DNA from: a virus
Length of the DNA: 64,000 nt
Direction: 5' to 3' (one strand)
IMG/VR virus record: IMGVR_UViG_3300024518_001342
Coordinates: 4,043-68,042 of that record
The notes beneath the pieces are model-generated. The model was not told the DNA's origin, searched no databases, and worked only from the letters and a program-made list of their open reading frames with translations. Within the stretch, counting starts at the first letter, position 1. Every line of letters begins with the position of its first letter. The position numbers and the translations under genes were made by a program. Shown piece after piece: positions 45,096 to 55,087 of the stretch.

Positions 45096-46346
45096 TTAGA
45101 ATAATCTAAACAACTGTGTCGTTACAGTATTTAAAAAATCGAAGTTAATCTTACCAGCACTTTCTGGGTTAGTCAAGGGTAAAAATTTAAATTCTTTATT
45201 CCTCACTCTGCGATTAATATAGGCTAGTGCTTTGCTATAATTTTGAAATTTATAAAGCTGGCTTGCCGTTCGAAAAAGTCGGTCAAAGGTTACTTGCCTC
45301 CAAGGTCGGTTCATTTCTTTTCCGCGAATAAATAAATAATACTTGAGCCAATAAAGATCATTAAACTCAATGGGCGATACCACATCCACTAAAATTCTTT
45401 TGTGGATCATTGTGGATAGGGCGTTCTGTCTATTGGACGAATCTTTTACTACCCTCACTTCTGGACGATTAGAAGCATAGGAATTATAAAATTCAACCAA
45501 GTATCCTTTTAGTGTCTCGATGTCTGTTTTGTAGGTTGGGGCATAAGCCACACGGAAAACATTGTTAAGGGTCAAGCCGTAATTCCGCATATAGTTTTGC
45601 ATAGCCACAGATCCTAAATCCGCAACGATTCGCCATGGCGCGTTCTTGTCAATAAGAAATCCAAATTGTTGGGCAGCTTTAGTAAAGAATGTGAAATTTT
45701 TATCTTGAATAAATTTATCATACTTGACAGCATCATCATCGTTTTGTTCAACCGCAAGATCAAGCATCAGCCCGCAAGCCAGTGGAGTTCCATAGCGTGA
45801 AGAAATAAACGCAGTTTTTGTAAATACAAACTTGGGAGTGATGCGCGAAATGAATCCCGAAAAAACTCTAAGGAATGAGGCAAAGTTCGTCACCTTGTTG
45901 TCAATGGCTTTGTCTGCCATAAAGCCTTCAAAAAAAGCATCGTAAGCAATTTGCATATAATTATCAAATTCTATGTCCAGTGAAGTCCAGCCACGATGGG
46001 GTTGAAGATCATAATATTCAGTATCTTCTGTTTCGATCCTATTCTGGAATCCTGCTTGGCCCATGTAGTTTCTTAAATCCGCGAAAGCATCAGCCACAAA
46101 GTTCATCACAAAAAGTTCTTCGTTATTGGTCGATGGAACTTGCGACAAGAAGGATGGATTAACCGCGATGGGATTTCCAAGAGAATCTACCTTGCCATAA
46201 TCTTGGCTCACATACCATAGATCAATGGGCTGAACATCATAAACCTGTCCGGGATATGTTTGGGTTTTATAGAGTTCTCTATTATAAAATAAGCCGTAAG
46301 AAGCAAACTTATTACTAGCAACTGATTTATTCCAAGGTATAGCCAT
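45096..46346 (-). CDS. Hypothetical protein (end of baseplate operon)
   Basis: Long ORF downstream of the hub gene. Confidence 0.65.
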   Translation of the reverse strand: MAIPWNKSVASNKFASYGLFYNRELYKTQTYPGQVYDVQPIDLWYVSQDYGKVDSLGNPIAVNPSFLSQVPSTNNEELFVMNFVADAFADLRNYMGQAGFQNRIETEDTEYYDLQPHRGWTSLDIEFDNYMQIAYDAFFEGFMADKAIDNKVTNFASFLRVFSGFISRITPKFVFTKTAFISSRYGTPLACGLMLDLAVEQNDDDAVKYDKFIQDKNFTFFTKAAQQFGFLIDKNAPWRIVADLGSVAMQNYMRNYGLTLNNVFRVAYAPTYKTDIETLKGYLVEFYNSYASNRPEVRVVKDSSNRQNALSTMIHKRILVDVVSPIEFNDLYWLKYYLFIRGKEMNRPWRQVTFDRLFRTASQLYKFQNYSKALAYINRRVRNKEFKFLPLTNPESAGKINFDFLNTVTTQLFRLF

Positions 46347-46369
46347 TGTTTATTTCTTCCATTTTTATG

Positions 46370-48937
46370 TTAGCGATACTTCGATATTCCCGTGTTGGGT
46401 GGGGTTTTGGGTTTTGGCTTTACTGTAGGATCACTTATTTTTTTATCTCCGTTATCTATTCCGGGAGCGGCTTTGTCTCTTGGTGATTGATCTTCTGTTA
46501 TTGTATCCGCTTTTTTATTTTTCTCGTTACCTAAGCCTTGCAAAATAGTGGTGAGTGATGTCTCAAATTTTCCAGACTCAATTGAGCTTTGAACCTTGAC
46601 GACATTGTAATAGCCACCCACGCCTAGTCTCTGTGCCATTGAATTAGGTTGATTAAGTCCGCCAATACCAAGACCCTTTGGATCAAGGTAGAGCGTCGTT
46701 CCATTAGTAAATAAAGTGTTCCCATATAAAGTGAGATCAGCATTATATTTATTGCTGAATAATAAATTCCCTACGGCTCCCCCTGAGTCTACTGTCTTTT
46801 GAATATTGGCTTCTCGTTGACCAGGCATATCCTGTCGCTTAAAGGATACACTTTTTAATATGCCGCGATCAGCGCCGAGCTGTAAGTGCAAAATGCTATT
46901 TTTTTGGTCGGCTTTATAATCTCCTTTCCATTTATAATTTGTTCCTCCCACTGGGTAGACAAATAAGTAATTTCTAGATTGGGCACTGTTGCCGGTCCAC
47001 TTAACTTTCCCACCCACACCATTAAAGATACCACTTCGAACTTTATTCACTCCCCCGGCCGGGAATGGTTGATCAGGATCACCATACGAGGGAAGCGTCA
47101 GCACTTGGGTATTAACTTTTGTGCGGGCTTCGGGAGCCATTTTTCCAAAACAAAGTGGTGATAAAGAACCTACTAGAAGTTCGGCAATTATGTCCTTCAC
47201 AAATTGACGAATATTATAGGTTTTCTTTTCGGGCTTGATAACTTTATCTAAAAAGAAAGATTGGAAATATTCCCACGATATGGGAAAGTCAGCCACATTA
47301 ACGTTTTGATATTTTTTAGATTCGAAATCATATATTTTTAATTGCCCCACCATGAATCGCCATATCATGTCGGCTCTATCCCCCTCATCAACTTGATTTT
47401 TCCTTACGATCCCAAAGGCGGCTTCTAAAAGATCCCCCATATAAATATAATTGAAAACACGATCAGAAGGATCTTTAGCCTCGGTAATGGTGTCCTGTAT
47501 ATTTTCCGCTGCATCGGCAAGCTGTTCTTTGCGATTATCAATGGTCACAATTGTCTTATACCATGGTTGCTCGACTGGGCGGGATGCTGCGTCAGCCAAC
47601 TCTGCTTGCATACTTGTGGCACTACTAGGTGGGCTAGTTGTTTGGTTGGGGCTAAAGTCAGGATTAAATAATCGCAGCTCTTTAATAATTTCTCGACGTT
47701 GAGTTTGTAACTGCTCAGAAGTAAGACTTCTGTTTTGATATAATTTATTAAGTTTCCCATATGCTTCCATTTCTTTGGGGGTGAGCTTGATTGAAAAAAA
47801 TCTTTTTTGTTTGACGATAGCCGTAAGAAGGCTTTGATATTTTTTGAGGCGAGCAGACTGCTCTAAATCAGCAAGCAGAGCTTTTTGCTCTGTAAGTTTC
47901 TCTTGGGTATTCTCTATAATGGTCTGGGCACCACTCAAGTCCGCGCTCGCATTGAACGCGGATTCTAATTTGAAATCATCACTGAAAGGATTCCAAGTGG
48001 TATTCTTCGATTTTGTTTCCGCTTCGCTCTCTACTTTTTTAGCTTCGTTTAGGTTCGCTTCTAAACTTTTAATCTTTGCTTCAATTTTTTTATTTTCATT
48101 GTTCTGTGATCGTCCCAAATAAAATAAATCAGATTTAGGAGAAAACATTCCAGCTTCCAGCGATGCCATAAACTCAATAGAAAGCTCTATGGTTCCGTCC
48201 TCGTTGATAGACAATTCGTGGCTCGTTAAATTAAGATATAAACTTATTTGTGACGCCTCGATTGCTGACTTTAATTCTTTGATCTTAGAGCCCCATATTT
48301 CTGGTGTTGTATGGAATGATGAAGGCACAACCCAGCCCACATCGGCACGAATACGATTGTGCTTATTATCATATTCGGGATTTTCCTTGGTCTTCTTGCG
48401 ACCAGCAGGACAAATCAATTCATCAAACGATAAACCGTTTCTACTTTTAACGAATAGTGATTGCATCGAGGGACAACTCAAGACCAGGCTGGCTTTAAAA
48501 GACAAACCTTGGTTGGCTGGATTTGTCCCTAGATCTTCCCAGGTAAAACTCTTGAGCCCCACCGCTATCGGCTTAGTAGATGGATTGATATTGAAATCTT
48601 GATACTTGCTATAAGTGGTTTTCGTGCCTGATGCCCCAAGGTTTTCTATAGAGGTGTAATCATCAAAATAAAATTCTTTATCAGTGCCGTTGGCATATGA
48701 CTTATATAGACGGATCTTGGGAACCAAATTAGACATTTGGGCAGTTGTAAGTTCATTTAAAGCAAATCCATCTTTCTTATTTAGGAGCTTGTTGATAACC
48801 TCAGAGGGTTCTTCATTGATTTTTACAAAATTTTCGTAGCCCTGGTCTTTATTGTGGGCTGTAAAGTTCTTATAGAAATCTAATAAAAAACACTGCGGTG
48901 AAAACCGCTTTGGATTTTCTTCTTCGTCATCAGCCAT
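46370..48937 (-). CDS. Baseplate hub-like protein
   Basis: Position after the LysM/gp53-like gene; C-terminal YNADLTLYGN...GGYYNVVKVQSSIESGKFETSL typical of gp27/VgrG-like hubs. Confidence 0.6.
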   Translation of the reverse strand: MADDEEENPKRFSPQCFLLDFYKNFTAHNKDQGYENFVKINEEPSEVINKLLNKKDGFALNELTTAQMSNLVPKIRLYKSYANGTDKEFYFDDYTSIENLGASGTKTTYSKYQDFNINPSTKPIAVGLKSFTWEDLGTNPANQGLSFKASLVLSCPSMQSLFVKSRNGLSFDELICPAGRKKTKENPEYDNKHNRIRADVGWVVPSSFHTTPEIWGSKIKELKSAIEASQISLYLNLTSHELSINEDGTIELSIEFMASLEAGMFSPKSDLFYLGRSQNNENKKIEAKIKSLEANLNEAKKVESEAETKSKNTTWNPFSDDFKLESAFNASADLSGAQTIIENTQEKLTEQKALLADLEQSARLKKYQSLLTAIVKQKRFFSIKLTPKEMEAYGKLNKLYQNRSLTSEQLQTQRREIIKELRLFNPDFSPNQTTSPPSSATSMQAELADAASRPVEQPWYKTIVTIDNRKEQLADAAENIQDTITEAKDPSDRVFNYIYMGDLLEAAFGIVRKNQVDEGDRADMIWRFMVGQLKIYDFESKKYQNVNVADFPISWEYFQSFFLDKVIKPEKKTYNIRQFVKDIIAELLVGSLSPLCFGKMAPEARTKVNTQVLTLPSYGDPDQPFPAGGVNKVRSGIFNGVGGKVKWTGNSAQSRNYLFVYPVGGTNYKWKGDYKADQKNSILHLQLGADRGILKSVSFKRQDMPGQREANIQKTVDSGGAVGNLLFSNKYNADLTLYGNTLFTNGTTLYLDPKGLGIGGLNQPNSMAQRLGVGGYYNVVKVQSSIESGKFETSLTTILQGLGNEKNKKADTITEDQSPRDKAAPGIDNGDKKISDPTVKPKPKTPPNTGISKYR

Positions 48938-48939
48938 GA

Positions 48940-49278
48940 CTACACTCCTAACATTCTAAGTATTTTATCTAAGGGCAGTGGGATCTGAAGTGTGTCTCCG
49001 ATTTGAACTTGGGCTTCTGTTGGTGTCTGATTATACCACGCGATGACCCACCACAAAGTAGAGTCACCATAATATTTATAAGCCAACTTGTAAAATCGAT
49101 CTCCCAAGGACCAAGTGTGTCCCACTAGCTCTAACTCGCTCACCTCTTGTGCGGTAGGATGAATAAGATTGGGTGAAAAGTATTGTCTTATAAATCGAAC
49201 ACCCTTTTCTTTTAGGATCAATTCATATTGTTCAAGATCGTTTATACCGATTGAGGTTCCAGCATATCGTGAAGTCAT
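48940..49278 (-). CDS. LysM/gp53-like baseplate wedge protein
   Basis: GDRFYKLAYKYYGDSTLWWVIAWYN...GDTLQIP. Confidence 0.8.
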   Translation of the reverse strand: MTSRYAGTSIGINDLEQYELILKEKGVRFIRQYFSPNLIHPTAQEVSELELVGHTWSLGDRFYKLAYKYYGDSTLWWVIAWYNQTPTEAQVQIGDTLQIPLPLDKILRMLGV

Positions 49279-50126
49279 TACGAATTATCTCCCATTTTTT
49301 TGGATGCCGCGATATCATTTCGCATAACATAAGATTGGTCGTTAGGGGCGTTAGCCAAGTCAGTTGCAAAGACATTAACAGAGCCATTAGCATTATTGAT
49401 TGTAGTGGGAGGATTTCCAGGCGCAACGTTTACGGGAGGTTTTGCCCCAGATTTCACGCCATATGGAAACGCATCAAATGGAGGTGGTGTTTTGGCTCCT
49501 TTGTTGGAGTTTTTCCACCCTAGTTTATGTTGATGAAGAACAGTGAAGTCAGCACTAAACTTTAAAGTCTTTGGAAACAGCTTGTGGTTATCAACGCCGG
49601 TCATCCCCCCGCCAAGAGAAGTAGGCTGGAAGAATCCTATATCCAAATCTGGTTCAAAAGTAAATCCTGCGATTGTTCCGAGCAACCCCGCAGATTGAGC
49701 ATTCCCGCTGTTTGCTTCGGGAGCACTAGAGTCTTGGATAAGATTTAAAAATTTGATCTTAAACATAGGTGGAGATTTCATTAGTGTAGCTCCGCCGTCG
49801 CCATCCTCGTATTCTGGATATAACATTTTGAGAAGCAACGAGGCTTTACGCATGTTATCTTTTGCTTCCTCAAAGGAAGACGCCGGTACATCCCAACCTA
49901 ATGAAATTTTTCTGCTAGTGCTTTTAAAGGTCTGGATAGGGTCCATTCGACCAAACACTGTTTCTGAATTCCAATCGGAGGTATACTGATCGCTGAAGGC
50001 TGTGACATATGCTTTGAACTTAACACTGTTTTTAGTGGGTACATGATAAATATCAATATATTGATCCAGCCGATTGGCGAGTCCATTGGTTTGTGGATCT
50101 CCGTTTTTAAATAATTCTTTTGTCAT
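49278..50126 (-). CDS. Tail tube initiator/baseplate protein (gp48/gp54-like)
   Basis: FKAYVTAFSDQYTSDWNSETVFGRMDPI..F..T.RKISL; follows the tape measure gene. Confidence 0.65.
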   Translation of the reverse strand: MTKELFKNGDPQTNGLANRLDQYIDIYHVPTKNSVKFKAYVTAFSDQYTSDWNSETVFGRMDPIQTFKSTSRKISLGWDVPASSFEEAKDNMRKASLLLKMLYPEYEDGDGGATLMKSPPMFKIKFLNLIQDSSAPEANSGNAQSAGLLGTIAGFTFEPDLDIGFFQPTSLGGGMTGVDNHKLFPKTLKFSADFTVLHQHKLGWKNSNKGAKTPPPFDAFPYGVKSGAKPPVNVAPGNPPTTINNANGSVNVFATDLANAPNDQSYVMRNDIAASKKMGDNS

Positions 50127-50152
50127 AATCTATTATAAACCTTCTTGGATAA

Positions 50153-52903
50153 TTATCCCAACTTATTTAAATCTTGCTCCTTTTCAAATATGTTAACAAC
50201 TGCTCTCGCAAAAACATCCTTATTTAATTTCAATACGATTTCTCTATTACCGCTGTCACCACCGGCACTAGCGGCCGTGCCTGTAATATTGTTGGTGGTC
50301 GTTGTGGTTCCGCCACCGCCAGCAGGGGATGGCGCGAAAGCTTGTGCCATGGTAGTAAGAGCTTGCGCGGCGTCGGGCTCTCTAGCAATCGCAACTATAG
50401 TCTCTCTAGTTTCTAACATCGCTTTACCAAATGCAACCGCACTGTCTAAGGTGATCGAGCCTAATCCTTGTGCCATGTCTGCGACAGCCCGCAATTCATC
50501 GGTCTTGATAAAGGACAGTGCTATCGCCAAAGCAAGGATTCCCAAAGTTAATATCGCCAGCACATCAATAATAGGCAACATAACAAAAGATAATAATCCC
50601 AAACTACCAAAGGCAATTGTCAACATTCCCACGGCGAGGGCTGCGGTTATAAGACTTGCGCCTATCCCCGCTAGAATAACAAACTGAGGAACCATAATAG
50701 AAAGACCATATGCTGCGAGCGCGATGCCTATACCCATCATCAAGAAAGCCGCGCCGAAAGCAAGCATACCTGCGACGGCAGTTGGTCCACCACCACTCAA
50801 CATAAAAAAGGCGATGGCTACCATCGCGCCAAGAAATAGTAAAAGACCAAGAGTTGCAGCGATCAATTGTTCGCCAGTCAATGCCGCGAAAGATTTAACA
50901 AATTCCGCAAGACCAAGAGCGGCGATGGCAATACCTCCGCCGACCATCAACATCGCAGCACCAAAAGCCAAAAAGCCTTTTGCGTTTCTCTTGAGAATTG
51001 CCCCCAGCTTTGCAAGAAACTTTAAAAAACCCCCACCAGTGTTTTGAGTTTTCTTATTTTGGTCTGCTGCTTTCTTTTCTGCTTCAGTTAGTTCTTCAGT
51101 TGATTTCTTCAGCAACTTATTCATTATGAGTTCTTTTTTACTATCAGCAGTCTTGAGTGCAGCCCAAAAGGATTTTATTTTATCAAGCGTAATGGCGATA
51201 CCTGACAGCACGTTAAAGGCGGCTTGGGCTTTAGAAGCAATAAACATGATTGATACTAGAGCGAGCATAGTGGGGATAAAAGCTCCTTGAAAAAATTGAT
51301 CCGTTGCCATAATAACATCCAATAACCAATGCACTGTATTAATAACAGGAGTCATCGCCACCGCGAATCTCTCCATAATTATCTTAACCTTTTCTGATGC
51401 GGTCGATGCGCTGGCAGCTTGCTTCGCCAATTCTTTATCCGCCAAAGCCATTTTCTCCGCAGCACCAGCAGCGTTTTCCATTTGTTGTGCTGTGGTTCCA
51501 AAAAGTTTTCCAGCTTCATTGACATCACTGATGCCCGCAGCGGCAGCTACCGTTTGTTTCTCAAATTTGTTCATGGACTCCCACGACTTTCCAGATGCCG
51601 CGACAGATTGTTGAAGTATTTTAATACGCTCGTCTTCACTCGCAGTTAAGAGTTCGATGCTATTGAGTTGAGTTCCTAAAACCGCATTAAGTTTTCCGGC
51701 TGCTTCAGCCGCACCCTCAAAAGTATCAAATTGATTAGCAATTCCAAGTAAGGCTCCCATCTCAATTCCAGTTGCTTTGGATTGGGCTGCAAGTTTTCTA
51801 AATATTTGAACACCGGCTTCGCCGTGAGCAGATAGAACAGGGGCAGCGGAAGCAAAGTCAGCAGCCATCTTTTGTTGTGAAACACCCAAGGCTTGCGCCG
51901 TGGCTGCAATTTCTTTTGTTGCTTTGTCCGCTTCTTTCGCATTCATACCCATTGACTTTGTGAGGATATCTAAATTACCTGCGCTGGTTTGGGCGTCAAC
52001 GCCTAACTTATTCATTATAGCTGTAGTATTTGTTAGGACTTGCTGATCAGCTTTGTTCATTGTATTGAACGAAGACATACCAGAGTGCAACGCCAAGATT
52101 GATTGTTGAGCGTCTTTCATCGAAACACCGGCAGCGACAGTTTGATCGGTGGTGTTCGCCATAAGACCACCATATTGTTCTAGGGATGCACCAGCTTTAG
52201 CAAGGTCTGCGCGGAAGTTGTCCATACTAAGGAATGCCGCCATAGAGGATTCTTTGACTTTCGCAAATAATCCTGCCATTACATTTGCGGGTTTGAGGGC
52301 AGTCGCCAAGCCTTTGCCAATGTTGGATATGACCCCTTCCATTCCCCCGGTATGTTCGGAGGCTAGAAGTAATTGACCGACGAAGCCTTTGGAAGCGTCC
52401 ACAGAACCAAGAAGACCAGAAACGGTATCTGCCACTTTTCCTTCTACTGCGTCATATGCCTCCGCTTGATCTTGATGAAGTTTTAGTTTTTCGCGCTCTA
52501 ACTTAAGTTCGTCTTGGAGTTCCTTCTTGCGATTTATTATTTGATCTTCTGTTTGCTTGCCCAGTTTAACTGATTCCACAAGAGCTATAAGTTCAGCTTC
52601 TTTGAGTTTTACTATTGATTCTTGTTGGGCTATAAGGGTGTCTTGTAAACCTTCGCGATCACCATCCAGTTGGGCGATCTTTTCCATAATCGCGTGGTTT
52701 TGTGTAGCGTTCTCAAGTTCTTTTTCGGCTAGTTCAAGTCGATCTGTGGCTGACTTATTGATCTCGTCTGATAGAGATAAAATCTTTTCTTTGAGGGCTT
52801 TGGTGCCTTCGTCTTTCTCTAAGCCCTTCTTTTTGAGTTTTTCATACTCTAGGGTGAGCCTATTTAGTTCTTTTTGTTGTGTGACTTTGTTGTCGTTAGC
52901 CAT
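50153..52903 (-). CDS. Tail tape measure protein
   Basis: 916 aa, Ala-rich helical with hydrophobic C-terminal segments; canonical position after tube and chaperones. Confidence 0.8.
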   Translation of the reverse strand: MANDNKVTQQKELNRLTLEYEKLKKKGLEKDEGTKALKEKILSLSDEINKSATDRLELAEKELENATQNHAIMEKIAQLDGDREGLQDTLIAQQESIVKLKEAELIALVESVKLGKQTEDQIINRKKELQDELKLEREKLKLHQDQAEAYDAVEGKVADTVSGLLGSVDASKGFVGQLLLASEHTGGMEGVISNIGKGLATALKPANVMAGLFAKVKESSMAAFLSMDNFRADLAKAGASLEQYGGLMANTTDQTVAAGVSMKDAQQSILALHSGMSSFNTMNKADQQVLTNTTAIMNKLGVDAQTSAGNLDILTKSMGMNAKEADKATKEIAATAQALGVSQQKMAADFASAAPVLSAHGEAGVQIFRKLAAQSKATGIEMGALLGIANQFDTFEGAAEAAGKLNAVLGTQLNSIELLTASEDERIKILQQSVAASGKSWESMNKFEKQTVAAAAGISDVNEAGKLFGTTAQQMENAAGAAEKMALADKELAKQAASASTASEKVKIIMERFAVAMTPVINTVHWLLDVIMATDQFFQGAFIPTMLALVSIMFIASKAQAAFNVLSGIAITLDKIKSFWAALKTADSKKELIMNKLLKKSTEELTEAEKKAADQNKKTQNTGGGFLKFLAKLGAILKRNAKGFLAFGAAMLMVGGGIAIAALGLAEFVKSFAALTGEQLIAATLGLLLFLGAMVAIAFFMLSGGGPTAVAGMLAFGAAFLMMGIGIALAAYGLSIMVPQFVILAGIGASLITAALAVGMLTIAFGSLGLLSFVMLPIIDVLAILTLGILALAIALSFIKTDELRAVADMAQGLGSITLDSAVAFGKAMLETRETIVAIAREPDAAQALTTMAQAFAPSPAGGGGTTTTTNNITGTAASAGGDSGNREIVLKLNKDVFARAVVNIFEKEQDLNKLG

Positions 52904-52946
52904 AACTCAATACCCCCTTTGATGAAATTAAAAATACAAATACACT

Positions 52947-53279
52947 TTATTTAAACGGCCAAGGTATTCCAGTTTGTCGTGTAAAGTTTGTTGCCGCTTT
53001 ATTGAGTTGCGACTTGCTGCGATAGGTGTGAGGATTATCCAAGCCAAATTTCATAGCTTGCTCCATATATTTCTTTTCTTTACCAATTGTGTCGGTGAAG
53101 TGTTTTATTTGACTTCGGCTTCCTCTAACGCTTACGGGCATTGAACCCCCGCCAAACATACTTTTGAGAATAGACTTTATTCCAAATCCCATCATCTTGA
53201 GCCAACTCTCATCAAGCTCATTTCCTTTTGATAAATCTATAACAATTTCTGATATTTCTTCTTCGTTTAGCTCGCCCAT
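52947..53279 (-). CDS. Hypothetical late protein
   Basis: Start re-called to ATG 53279 with GGAGG SD; ACTATTTA at 53310-53317. Confidence 0.65.
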   Translation of the reverse strand: MGELNEEEISEIVIDLSKGNELDESWLKMMGFGIKSILKSMFGGGSMPVSVRGSRSQIKHFTDTIGKEKKYMEQAMKFGLDNPHTYRSKSQLNKAATNFTRQTGIPWPFK

Positions 53280-53330
53280 AATAAACCCCTCCGTAACCTT
53301 ATGTAGTAATAAATAGTGTAAAAAACAAAT

Positions 53331-53365
53331 AAAAAGCCCCCGCATAACAACTATGCAGAGGCTTT
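53331..53365 (-). terminator. Rho-independent terminator
   Basis: Minus strand AAAGCCTCTGCATAG..TTATGCGGGGGCTTT followed by a T-rich tract. Confidence 0.7.
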
Positions 53366-53374
53366 ATCAATCTC

Positions 53375-53585
53375 TTATCTTCGAGAGCCGGATTTCGCTT
53401 TGCGTTCGGCTGCATCGTATTGCTTTTTCTCGTCCTCAAATTGCTTCTGAAGTCTTTTTATAAACCACAAACGCAATCCAATCGGCAAACTATATGCTTC
53501 AATGAATGACCAACCTCCATGATATTTAAGCATGAAGAATTGCTCATAAACATTTTCCATATAGTTATTCGTTAGGCCAAAAAAA
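53375..53585 (-). CDS. Tail/baseplate assembly chaperone C-terminal part (gp51-like), possibly reached by frameshift
   Basis: YEQFFMLKYHGGWSFIEAYSLPIGLRLWF; frame overlaps the T7 run at the end of the upstream gene. Confidence 0.6.
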
Positions 53586-54419
53586 GCTGACCGAAAAGGG
53601 CATGTCAAGAGATGTGTCAACGCCGCACGATTCGCATCCATATACATGTTTCATATCAACATTGGGAACAACTCTATTATAAGCCGCTCTTAGGAACTTG
53701 GAATCTAGTGCGGGCATTTGATCAATAAATCTCTCAACCACCGCCCGGTCTGCTTCTCCGTTAAGAGAAACAATTAAAGTCTTGACTAATTCAGTCAGTG
53801 TATTTTCTGGAAGGTTATGTTTCTTCCGTTTGGCTGAAGTTGCTTCAAGCCTCTTTTCGTCTTTGCCTGTCACCAATCTACATTGGGCGATGACCTTTGT
53901 TTTAGGCAAAGTAATATTAAATGTTCCATCTGGTGAAATCTTTATATCTTCATAGGGCTCTGCTAAACCTTTTTCAAGAATTGCATTTAGATCAAACTCA
54001 TTCTCTGCTGTGTTTCCACAGGATGGACACGTTACATTTGTTTTATATTCAGGACCATAGCCGCTAATGCGAGACGCAATAATAATAGCGTTTTTATCTC
54101 CTACAAATAAATCCTCAACTTTAATATTTTTATCTACCAAAATGTTTGCTAACATTCGGTCTACTGCAATACCTTTCTTGAGTAATGTTTTAGAAGTTAG
54201 AATATCTTCGTCCTTTGCCGTCATGTAACGAATTTCTACAGTGTCTTGATTAAATAGTGGATGCCCTTCAGGATAAAACTTACCCTGTGTTGGGAGATCC
54301 ACAAATTCTGTGGGAGTTACAAATTGTAAAGGGGAATTATTTCCACTGGTTGTTGCCGAAATTGGCGGAGCTTGTCCTTCATCTATAATACCGAGTCGTT
54401 CCTCGTTATTTCGTGACAT
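53565..54419 (-). CDS. Baseplate hub/tail assembly chaperone (T4 gp26-like)
   Basis: VDLPTQGKFYP, MTAKDEDIL, RISGYG, CPSCG, CESCG; ends FFWP. Confidence 0.75.
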   Translation of the reverse strand: MSRNNEERLGIIDEGQAPPISATTSGNNSPLQFVTPTEFVDLPTQGKFYPEGHPLFNQDTVEIRYMTAKDEDILTSKTLLKKGIAVDRMLANILVDKNIKVEDLFVGDKNAIIIASRISGYGPEYKTNVTCPSCGNTAENEFDLNAILEKGLAEPYEDIKISPDGTFNITLPKTKVIAQCRLVTGKDEKRLEATSAKRKKHNLPENTLTELVKTLIVSLNGEADRAVVERFIDQMPALDSKFLRAAYNRVVPNVDMKHVYGCESCGVDTSLDMPFSVSFFWPNE

Positions 54420-54448
54420 ATATACCTCTCATATGTTATGTTAAAATT

Positions 54449-55042
54449 CTAGAATCCTAGAATATCTTTAAGTCCTTTGCTATTGGTTCCACCGGAGCTA
54501 CGAAGCGATGCATTATCATATCGAAGTGATACCTCAACGTTTAGCATGTCTTCGCTATCATAATCCAGTTCGCCAAACTTCACATCCTTGAACCAAGCAT
54601 TGTTCAATGTCCAAACTTCGCGTTCGTCTCCATCAGAATCAAGTTGAACAATCTCAACCTGTCCCATCGCAGCAGTTGCACTCTTTTTTGAAATCGTGCC
54701 CAAATTAGGGCCAGGACCGTCCGGGTTCGCAGGGAGCGTATATCCCATTTGCTTAAAGAGTTCGACCATGGCTACTGTACCATCAGCCATCCCTAGGGTG
54801 TCCACAATGGTGAAAGCAACTTCGTTCCACTGAACCTTGCCAGGAAAATAAAATGAATGGTTCAAATATTTGTGTTCGCTTTCAGTTACGGTGAAAGCTG
54901 GCTTAGTTACCTTTTTTACAAGAAACTGTTTGATGCCAAACGTTTCGGTTCCCGCTACCCGTAAAACAAACTTAAATCCTCGTTTCGGTTCTAGAGCTGG
55001 ATTTTGCCAAAAATCTGTTCCGCCTCCTATTGTTCCTGCCAT
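54449..55042 (-). CDS. Tail tube protein (gp19-like)
   Basis: EPKR.F.F, KVTKP, PGKVQW, WTLNNAW..V.FGELDY; follows the sheath. Confidence 0.85.
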   Translation of the reverse strand: MAGTIGGGTDFWQNPALEPKRGFKFVLRVAGTETFGIKQFLVKKVTKPAFTVTESEHKYLNHSFYFPGKVQWNEVAFTIVDTLGMADGTVAMVELFKQMGYTLPANPDGPGPNLGTISKKSATAAMGQVEIVQLDSDGDEREVWTLNNAWFKDVKFGELDYDSEDMLNVEVSLRYDNASLRSSGGTNSKGLKDILGF

Positions 55043-55087
55043 TTATCTAATTCTCCTTACTTTTCTAATTAGTATCATTATTTAGTT

